64,000 nt of DNA from the human T2T-CHM13v2.0 reference genome, Homo sapiens: NCBI RefSeq assembly GCF_009914755.1, contig NC_060927.1. One strand, 5' to 3'. Positions 54,321 through 64,000 of this stretch are shown piece by piece (within the stretch, counting starts at the first letter, position 1; the number at the start of each line of letters is the position of its first letter). The translations under genes and the position numbers were made by a program. The notes beneath the pieces are model-generated. The model had not been told where the DNA came from and made no database searches. It saw only the letters and a list, made by a program, of their open reading frames with translations.

Positions 54321-55152
54321 CTCATCCCTTCTCTTCACTGTGTCAGCTCTTACGAATAGTTGGGCAGGACCTGGACTAGGGTGAGGCAAGAAGGTGCCTG
54401 GGTTAACCTGAGAGCAAGGCCCCATTAAATGATGCACCGTAGGTACCTTGCTTGCCCCTCCTTGGCCTCAGCAGTGCAGCTGAAGCATTGTCAGACCAGG
54501 GCTGGAGCATCTTAGGGTAGATGCCTCCCACCCCACCACCATCTCTGGGACCATCTTACGGATGACACAGTAGAGGCCCAGACAGTCAATATCATTTGAT
54601 TTAAGCCAATCAGTTAGTAAGTGGCAAGCCTGGAATGTGAATCTAGGCCTCTGGGCTCTTGGCCTCTGTTTTGCTCCCTCAAAGCCTATAGCTAAACTCT
54701 TTTCTCTAATAAGTCTGTAAATTTTCTCAATAGGGAAAGAGGACATGTCTCAAATTTTCAGCACTTCCCAAGACATTTACTACAGGTCTTGCATGCAGTT
54801 GGGGTTCAATAAATAAACATGCACTGATTGAGAAAAAAGGAGATATTATCATGGCATTATAATTTTAATGCATAGAAATAGTTATAATAAACATTAACGC
54901 AGCTGAAGGAGAGAAATGCATTAATTTCACAACATGTTCAGCTCTTTAAGATGTTAGCTTTTCAGGCTCCACAGGGGCTCTGGAACTCTGGAACTCACAT
55001 AGACTCACGCCCACTGTTTCAAAAGAGAAAACTGCAACTTGGAAGGGGAAATGGTAGCTGGAGACAGAAAATGGAGAAGTGGGGGAGGTAGAGGGAATTT
55101 AGCTTCAGCAATTTAGGCAGTGATTAAACCAGGAGTAAAGGAAAGAGGAAAG

Positions 55153-55312
55153 CAGTGCTGCTCATACATTAGTGAGCACACACATCACTTGAGGATCCTG
55201 TTAAAATGCAGATCCAGTTCAGGAGGTCTGGGTGGGGCCTGGGATTCTGTATTTTTAAGAAGCTCCCAGGCAATGCTGATGCTGCTGGCTCGTGGACCAC
55301 ACTATGTGCGTG
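55153..55312 (+). mobile_element. MER5A hAT MITE
   Basis: catcacttgaggatcctgttaaaatgcagat...ggtctgggtggggcctgggattctgtattt...gctgatgctgctggctcgtggaccacact. Confidence 0.85.
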
Positions 55313-55421
55313 GAAGAAATTGCATGGAGGCTTTGAGTTTGTGAATCTGGTCCAATGGAAGCACTGTCTTCAGTCTGGCAATTCTCAGGATTCCCACTCA
55401 CTGTTTTCCATCCTTCTGCAG

Positions 55422-55617
55422 GGGAAATCTGTGCGTTCAAGATCCATGGCCAGGAGCTGCCCTTTGAGGCTGTGGTGCTCAACAAGACATCAGGAGAGGG
55501 CCGGCTCCGTGCCAAGAGCCCCATTGACTGTGAGTTGCAGAAGGAGTACACATTCATCATCCAGGCCTATGACTGTGGTGCTGGGCCCCACGAGACAGCC
55601 TGGAAAAAGTCACACAA
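55422..55617 (+). CDS. CLSTN2: Calsyntenin-2 internal coding exon (probably exon 3), cadherin repeat 1
   Basis: Acceptor ttttccatccttctgcAG|GG, donor CAA|GTgagt; 196 nt; translates (G)EICAFKIHGQELPFEAVVLNKTSGEGRLRAKSPIDCELQKEYTFIIQAYDCGAGPHETAWKKSH(K), with cadherin motifs IDCE (LDRE-like) and AYDCG; matches human CLSTN2 as I recall it. Confidence 0.96.
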
Positions 55618-56350
55618 GTGAGTGGCCTGACAGAGCCCTCTGGACGCCCCTCCCTCCCGTGCCCACCCCACTTCATTCACATGCTGCTCTTCAGATATGT
55701 TTACCCTCTTGTCACACAATGGTGCTCCAACTTTGCTCAACTGCTTGGCAGTTTCCTGGTCCCATGCAGGCATCTTCCCAGTCTGCTTTCCACACCTGCA
55801 ATATTCTACTCCCTCTTCTTCACTGGAAGACACTCTTGTTTCACCCTCAGGTCTGAGTTTAGGTGTCACTTCTTCCAGAAAGCCTTCCCTAAGCTGGCCC
55901 ACCCCCGCAGACCTGGTCAGGACCTTTCCCTGGGCCTCTGCCGTGCCATAAGCTGCTCTCTGTCACAGCAGTTTTCACTGTGGGTTGTCACTGCTTTTTC
56001 CCTTATGTTTATCTCAGAGCCTAACAGAGTAAGAGGGGTTAAATTCTTACTGAATGGAGGAGTGGATGAATAGAGGGAGGAATGAACAGTAAACCTGTTG
56101 CCTAAAGCTGGTGCAGAGGGAAGGGCATAAAAGTCTCTCTGGGATGGATTCATCTCAGAGCGTCAGAGCAAGGGCAAGTAGAGAGTCTCCAGTGAGAGGG
56201 AGGATGGGACACTCAGACAACTGCCACAATTGGCTGATGGTTTCTCCTTTCACTTGGCCTTGGGACCTCAGTCAGTGCCCCCAGGAGGTACAGGAGGTTG
56301 GTGTGACTCTTTCTTTACCACCATCCCTTCCTTTCTGTGTGTGGTCCCAG
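55618..56350 (+). other. CLSTN2: 733-nt GT-AG intron, phase 2, containing an L2 fragment
   Basis: GTGAGT...CCCAG between the two in-frame exons. Confidence 0.93.
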
Positions 56351-56559
56351 GGCCGTGGTCCATATACAGGTGAAGGATGTCAACGAGTTTGCTCCCACCT
56401 TCAAAGAGCCAGCCTACAAGGCTGTTGTGACGGAGGGCAAGATCTATGACAGCATTCTGCAGGTGGAGGCCATTGACGAGGACTGCTCCCCACAGTACAG
56501 CCAGATCTGCAACTATGAAATCGTCACCACAGATGTGCCTTTTGCCATCGACAGAAATG
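56351..56559 (+). CDS. CLSTN2: Calsyntenin-2 internal coding exon (probably exon 4), cadherin repeat 1/2
   Basis: Acceptor ...ctttctgtgtgtggtcccAG|G, donor ATG|GTgagt; 209 nt; in frame with the previous exon (AA|G = Lys); AVVHIQVKDVNEFAPTFKEPAYKAVVTEGKIYDSILQVEAIDEDCSPQYSQICNYEIVTTDVPFAIDRN(G), with Ca-binding motifs DVNEFAP and AIDED. Confidence 0.96.
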
Positions 56560-57014
56560 GTGAGTGACCTCAGAGGACCCCTGTGGGGTCAGGAAAACAA
56601 ATCCATCGCCTCCACTCTGAAGACCCAACATGGGCTCTGAATATGCTTGGCAAGTTATGCCTTTCTTGCCATGTTTGGTCTAAGCTCCATAACCCAGAGC
56701 TCAGTCCCACACTTGAGGGAATGGCCTTATCTGATTAGCAGCCCTGCCAGGTCTAAAACACCCTCAGGAAACCTCAGAAACCTACTCACTCAATGTAGTC
56801 TGTACAACTCACAGTGCCACACATCTAGATACCGAAGATGGTTGATTTCCTGGTCAAATTTTCCAGTTGTCATCCAGATGTGAGCCATGCCATCAGCTTG
56901 GCCATATCTGGGTCCGTTTCCTATGTAATAAGTCATAATACCAGCCCTATTGCCTCTAGATGAAGACATGCTAACAGAGGAGGTGGGACTTTTGAAATCC
57001 CTTCTAAACCATAG

Positions 57015-57404
<390 letters not shown>

Positions 57405-59249
57405 TAATAACCCAATCCCAGACTGAACAAGACTGGAAGCATTCCTATAAAGCCATTTGGACATTTCCCCATCACCACGAATAGAAAACTCATTGTAGTA
57501 TAAACGCCACAACCAGAGCCCCAACAAACTCAGCCCACTTTAGCTGTAAATTTCAACACCTTCAACACCTAAAATCAAGTGTAATTATTTGCCAAGTACA
57601 TTGTTTAATTATTAGTGTGAGTGTGTGGGTGTTTATATGTTCTTCCTACTTTGTTTCCAATAAGATTTAAGTAGCACACAAAGATGCAAAAGTTGCAAAA
57701 TTCAAACTCCATTCACTCTGTAATTATTTATTGAGTGCCAGGCATGGTGCTGAACACTGGAAAGGAGATAGAGTGGAACTTAAAATAGACATGGGCCTGT
57801 CCACATACAGCTCATCATCTAGCAGAAAAAAATAGAAAATCCAGTGGCAGCAAGGGTGAAGATGGTGCACAAAGAATGCCATGAACCAGGGTTGGGCAGC
57901 AAATTAGCTCTGTACCTCCTGATAGCCAATGTCTAGAGGAAAATAGCATCAGCCACCTGCTTGTACACCTTCAGGAGAAACCCAACACTTCATGATGTTG
58001 AGACCAGGTAGAAACTTACTCTATGGCATTGTCTTCTGTACCCTGAGACTGCGGCAGATGCCATAGGGACTAGAAGTGAAGGAGACACTCTCATCCCTGT
58101 CTTTAAGTAGCTTAGAATCAGTCTTGGAAGACAGAACTAATATTCATAAGACAGAAAAAAATAATAATAAGGTAATTTCCCTCTAAAATGCTAAAACATG
58201 GGGAAAAGACAATTACATACCTGGATACCATGAGATAATTATACAGGCCACAGTGTCAATGCACAAGCAAGTAAAGGAGGAAATATAGGACTTTAATTAA
58301 AGTTTGGCTCAAAACTAAGAAGAAGGTAATTTTAATTAGTAGAGCCTGTCAGAATCGTTCCCCGATAGTTTCTCCCACAGGCTCTGTGAAATGACTAGCC
58401 TGTCCCCACCACAGAGGCACACATGTGCACACACCACTCCATAAAATATTGAACAACTTCTTTGTATTTTTCTCCTCTGGGTTTCTTTTTCTGTGTAATC
58501 AGTTGTGCAGTGTATCCCATAAAAGCTTTGGAATTTGGGGAGTGACAAGTCCATGGTGAATAGCAAGACTAGACAAGTGGAGGTATCTGTGCTCAGTGGT
58601 CAAGCTCTACTTGGCCTCCTGCCCTAGTTCTGAAGAGCCACAGCTCAGTGAGATGAGATGCAAAGTCTTTCTTTGGAGGGTAAACTGCCCCAGTCATGAA
58701 GATAATTACTCACCTTGATGAGCCATTTTGCTAACATATGCCAATTTATTTCCCTGGCTGTCTCATTAAAAGTGAGTAATGGGCCTTTGCCAGGCCTCTG
58801 CCTCTAATGCTGGTTTACAACCTAAGATGAAGAGGAGAATGGGCCCTCTCAGGGAGTGTGGGCCCCTGACAGCGAGGTGTACAGAAGCAGTCCTCCAGGT
58901 AATGAAGCAGGACCTAGGGGCAGACACAGAGACGGCTCCCATTCTAATGAGCTTCCCAATTGGCCCTTATCCATCAGTTTCTCTGAGCGACCTTTCTGAC
59001 TCCTTGAAGAAGTACTTTGCATGCTCATAAGGAAAGTGCTTCTGAATTTAGAGCCTGCTCATTGAGGCCTAGGTTTCCCCTACCCCATGGCTTCAGATGG
59101 ATGTCTCCTGGCCCCTCCAACTTTCCAGGCTCTGCTTGTGGGGTAAAGAATGGCAGCAGAGAGAATAGAAGACACAATGTGGAGTCAACCTGACCTGTCT
59201 TTAACCAGAGACTCACCCTCTTCCTACCAGAGGCCCTCAGACTCCCTCC

Positions 59250-59400
59250 CTTTGAATTCCTCCCCATGAAATTATGGCATTATCAGTCCTTACCCCATTG
59301 TGGGGTTGTGAGTATTCAAGGAGAAGCAGTGTGTGGGGATATTGTTTGCAGGGTATCTGGCATAGAGAGAGCACTCAATAAGTGGTGCAACAATTATTAA
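59250..59400 (+). mobile_element. MIR
   Basis: ggggttgtgagtattcaa...tggcatagagagagcactcaataagtgg. Confidence 0.6.
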
Positions 59401-59747
59401 ATATTTACCTGGATGATTGGGACTTGAGATTTATTTACCAGGCTTAAATTATGAGCAGATAACTATGAGTTCATCACATCACCTTCCTCTTGGAAAGTTC
59501 TGGATCTATTTGAGATGGCCTCATCTGCTAGCTAGTTTTTCTGAGATAAGTAGAGCTTGGGTCCTCAAAATTGAATCCTAAAACATAAAGAGCTAGCCTA
59601 ATAACACTGTCACAGTGGTGATAGAGCTAGGACTCAACCCAGGTCTCCTGAGTGTTAGCCCCAAGACCTTTCCATCAGATCGCACCTCCTTGATGATAAT
59701 TTACAGGATGCATGGCAGTGATGTTTAAGTTTGCAAACACGAAGTAT

Positions 59748-62700
59748 GGGGCGATGTCAGCAAAAAGGCAGAGAAGGAGATCCCAGCCTTCATTCCCCGA
59801 CAAAGTACAATCAGACAGCTATCTATGAAAGAAAATAGCTGTAGGAGAGCTCAGGAGTCCAGTTGAGAAGATACAGCAACACAGTATAAGAAAAACAATG
59901 AGAATAATTGTGCAAAAAGAGTAGGAAGAACAGTTTCATCTTGCATGCATCATCCCATCCCCCAGACCAGAAGTGCTTAGCACAGAGAGAGAACTCCTTA
60001 GCTCAAAAGTTACCCTTGAAGAGAAAAGGATAACAGGATGAACAATCAGTTTCCTGAGCTTTCAGGACACTCCCCCAAATGACCTCTTTCAATTTCACCC
60101 CACCCCATATAGCTAGGGAGATCAGCATGGCTGAGACATTTGGAGACATCTGGGAACAAAGAAGGGCGGGGCTATCAGTATCAGCCATGTCGCAGGAGCC
60201 ACCAGGTTCCCTAGTGACTGCTCTGCATGGGACCCCAGCTGTCTTCTACCCTCAGGATCTCAACAGCCTCACAGCAACCACAAACCCCTGACTGGCTTTC
60301 ACTGCCAAGGAGCCTACAGTGTTTACCATTACGGAACTCAGCAGCTTCTGCCACTGAGGAAACCAACAACCAGTATAGCCATAGGGGCCCCTCACAATTT
60401 TTGCTGAGGACCCCACAGTTTTTCACTTTTGCAGTTTCTAGGTACTTGAGTTACCACCTCTCTTCTTCCCCTCTCCCCAAAGCTGCCTTAGCTGCTGCCG
60501 TTGTAGACACCCCAACCCAGGAACCCAGGGAAGCCACTACATGTATGCCCCAAAATGGCCTGGGCTCCAGCCAAATATCCATCTGTCACAACCATGTGTG
60601 TACCTGTGGTTAACCCCTTTGCTGTGTGTACCTGAGCAGCTGCCCCAACTCCCATCACCAGGTCTAACAGTTGAAAATGTGTCTGTATCTGGCTTCTGTG
60701 CCTACATGCGTGCTTACCCAGCCCTGGCTCCTATCGCTGTACACGTGCAAGCCCCAACTTTTGTCCCTGGCCCCCACCACTGTGCTTGTACCTGCAGCTC
60801 GCCCCTGCAGCTGCATGCATGTACACTTCCAGCTTGATCCCCATAGCTGCACATGCATATGTAGCTGGTCTAACTCCTATTGGTGGCCCCCACCACCACA
60901 TGAGTGCATGCAGCTGGTCCTTACAATTGCACATATGTATACCATGAGCCTTGACTGCTATAGTCATGCATGTACATGCCACCAGCTGCCATATAACCAC
61001 AGTTGGCTCTGCCCCAGCCCTAACCATTAAGTGCATGTCCACAGCTGAGTGTGAACACACCAATGGCCCTGACTCCCCCTGCTGCCTGCACGAGTCCTTT
61101 GTCACTGGACCCAGGGCACCACTGAGTATACCTACAGTCCTGTCAGACACTGTGGACCTCCCACAGCCTTTGCCACACCAAGGAACACACAGTTGCAAAT
61201 GTTACAGACCCCAGCTACCTGAACCAATAAGACATTGCATCCCTCTCCAAAACCTGGAGCCACCCATACACTAGGCACTAAGCATAGTGCCACAGTGCTC
61301 TCCAGCATTACCCATCCCCACCCTCACCTACCCATAGGTGAAGGATTTTCCTTAATGAATCCAGTTCATAAAGTCTGGAAAAGGTGATTATTTCTTCAAA
61401 TGCTCAGACTCTTACACAAGACTACAAGTATCACGAAGGATCAGGGACATGTGGTAGCACCAAAGCAACACAATATACTGTCAGTAAGTAACCAACTCCA
61501 AAGAATAGCCATTGAATTCCTGATAAGAATTTGAACTAAATTGTTCTAAAGAAACTCAGTGATCTACAAGAGAACACAGATAAACAATTAACTAAATCAG
61601 GAAAACTTTGGAAGAAAAATACCAGAAGTTCAACAAAGAAAAAATATAAAAAGAACCAAACAAATTTTGGAGCTTGAGAATACAATGACTGAATTTTAAA
61701 AATGCAATAGAGAGCTTCAGTAGCTGACTCAACCAAGCAGAAGAAAGAATAAGCAAACTTAAAGACAGGTCATTTGAAGTTGTCCAGTAAGAGGAGAAAA
61801 AAGATGAAAAGAATAAAAAAAATCAAGAAAGCCTACATAATGTATGCAACACTATCAAGAGAGCTTATATTCATGTTTTGGGGGTATTTATATGGCTAAG
61901 AAAGAGGTAGAAAGCTTATTTAAAGGCATACTGGTGGATATGTTCTCAAATATGGAGAGAGATATGGACATCTAGGTACATGAAACTTAAAGTTCTCTAA
62001 TTACATTCAACCCCAAAAGACTTTGCCATGACACATTATAATAAAACTGTCAGTAAATCAAAGACACAGCGAATTTTGAAAGCAGCAAAAGAAAAAAAAC
62101 ATATACATGGGAACCTCACTGAAGCTATCAGTATATTTCTCAACAGAAACCTTGCAGGCCAGAAAATAATAGAATTATATATTTAAGATGCTGAAATAAA
62201 AAGCAAAAAAAAAAAAAAAACCTACCAACCAAGGGTACTTTACCTGGCAAAGTTATTCTTCAGAAATTAAGGAGAAACAAACACTTTCTCAGACAAACAA
62301 AAGCTTAGGGAATTCATCACCACTAGACCTGCCTTACAGTAAATGATAAGGGGAGTTTTTCAAGCTGAAACAAAAGGATGCTCCTTGTTAATACAAAATC
62401 ATATGAAGGTATGAAACTCACAGGTAAAAATCAGTAAATATTCAAATTCAAAATATTCAAATACTGCTAAGATGACATGTAAATCACTTATAATTCTAAA
62501 GGCTAAAAGACAAAAGTATTAAAATCATTATAGCTAAAATGACTTGTTAATGTATGTACAATATAAAAACATAAATTGTGGCACAAAAATATAAAATGGG
62601 AATAAAAGTGCAAAGCTTTTATGTGCATTTCATGTTATTTTTATCAGCTTAAAATAGACTGGTACAACCATAATATGTTTTATAATATGTAAGCCTCAGT

Positions 62701-63455
62701 AACCACAAAGCAAAAGCCTGAGTAGATACACAAAAAAATAAAGAGAAAGGAATCAAAGCATACCACTACAGAAAATTATCAAGTCACAAAAGAAGACAGC
62801 AAAAGAGAAAGAAAGGAACAGAAGATCAACAAAACAACCAGCAAAGGTTGACAAAATGGAGATATTAAGTCTTGACCTATCAATAATTACTTTAAATGTA
62901 AATGGACTAAATGCATCTATCAAAAGGCATAGAGTGGATCAAACAAGACCCAACTATATGATGCCTATAAGAGATTCACTTCACTTTTAAGGACGTGAAA
63001 ATAATAAAAGTGAAGGTACGATAAAAGATTTTGTGCAAATGGAAACCAAAAGAGATCAAGGGTAGCTATACTTATATCAAACAAAATAGGCTTTAAGTCA
63101 AAAACTGCAAAAAGAGACAAAGAAGGTCATTATATGATAATAAAAAAAGTAAATTCATCAAGAAGATACAGCAATTGTAAGTGCATATGTACCCAACGCT
63201 AGAGCGTGTAAATATATAAAGTAAATATGAACAAATCTGAAGGGAGAAATAGACAACAATACAAGAATAGTAAGAAACTACTTTCAACAATGGATAGAGT
63301 ATCAAGACATAAAATCAATAAGGAAACACTGGATTTGAACTGTTATACTTTAGATGAAATGGACATAGCAGACATATGCAGAACATTTTATCAAACAGCA
63401 GCAGAATATACAGTACACATGGAACATTCTCCAGGAAGATCACATATTAGGTCAT
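59748..63455 (+). mobile_element. 5' portion of an old L1 (L1M/L1MA-like): 5' UTR, decayed ORF1, inter-ORF spacer, ORF2 endonuclease start
   Basis: ORF1 remnants (tttctcaacagaaaccttgcaggccagaa; ttcatcaccactagacctgcc); ORF2 start near 62856 (LSIITLNVNGLN); RHKINKETLDLN. Confidence 0.9.
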
Positions 63456-63802
63456 TGTTTTCAATGAAACTCTTCAAGTTTCTCTACCAAGCTAGCTGGT
63501 ATCTACTGTGCCCAGCAACCACCAGAAGCTCAGACAAAAGAACATCAGCAGGGGAATTCACCCATAAGGATCCCTTCGAGGCAGCCTTGCCATTAGAAAT
63601 TAGGCTGTGGGCACAGCTTCAATGATACAACCATAGTGTGAAAGTTTAAAAGGTTTTAGTACGTACAGATTCTGGGAATACATGGCATGCCTACAGGCCA
63701 CACAGAGAACAGGAAGTGCAGGCTGGTAGAGAAAAACAGACCAATGGGCCTATGTTTTTACTGAGTTCAAAGCATTAATTAAACAGATTTTCCACGGGGA
63801 GA
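63456..63802 (-). mobile_element. Probable ERV solo LTR inserted into the L1 (family unresolved)
   Basis: Abrupt switch from L1 ORF2 to non-L1 sequence starting TG; LTR-like composition. Confidence 0.45.
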
Positions 63803-64000
63803 TTTGTTTTTGTTTTTGTTTTTTGAGACAGAGTTTCACTCTTGTTGTCCATGCTGGAGTTGCAATGGTGCAATCTAGGCTCACCATAACCTCTGCCTCC
63901 CGGGTTCAAGTGATTCACCTGCCTCAGCCTCCCGAGTAGCTGGGATTAACAGCATGCGCCACAACACCTGATTAATTTTGTATTTTTAGTGGAGATGGGG
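63803..64000 (-). mobile_element. AluSp/Sq-like, cut by the window end
   Basis: (GTTTTT)n tail, gagacagagtttcactcttgttg...gggttcaagtgattc. Confidence 0.95.

Noticed and set aside
55355-55621. 88-aa ORF as a standalone gene
   Set aside because: It is the CLSTN2 exon plus in-frame intronic sequence; the true boundaries are splice sites. The same applies to 56337-56567.
55206-55856. 216-aa ORF, the longest in the track
   Set aside because: Starts in a MER5A, crosses the real exon in the wrong frame and runs into intron/L2; no recognisable protein.
60227-61274. Cluster of overlapping 100-155 aa ORFs on both strands
   Set aside because: Lies in the GC-richer repetitive L1 5' UTR where stops are rare; Cys/His/Pro-rich translations have no domain.

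Overview
Primate (very likely human) genomic DNA from inside the calsyntenin-2 gene (CLSTN2, + strand; human chr3q23). The only protein-coding sequence is two cadherin-domain exons, 55422-55617 (196 nt) and 56351-56559 (209 nt), probably exons 3 and 4. They have canonical AG/GT boundaries and splice in frame. Everything else is intron, densely filled with Alu, L1, L2, MIR, ERVL/MaLR solo LTRs and DNA-transposon relics. There is no prokaryotic system, CRISPR array or intact transposon ORF. Three structures stand out: (1) an antisense U2 snRNA 5' fragment fused head-to-head to an AluSc and flanked by an abnormally long (~60 bp) target duplication, which looks like twin priming on two different RNAs; (2) a ~155 bp non-tandem local duplication whose second copy preserves the empty site of an AluY; (3) the two exons form a 405-nt, stop-free, phase-1/phase-1 module flanked by inverted Alus, the architecture of a back-spliced circRNA. 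Repeat families were named from remembered consensus sequences, not from a search, so subfamily names and the boundaries of old repeats are approximate.
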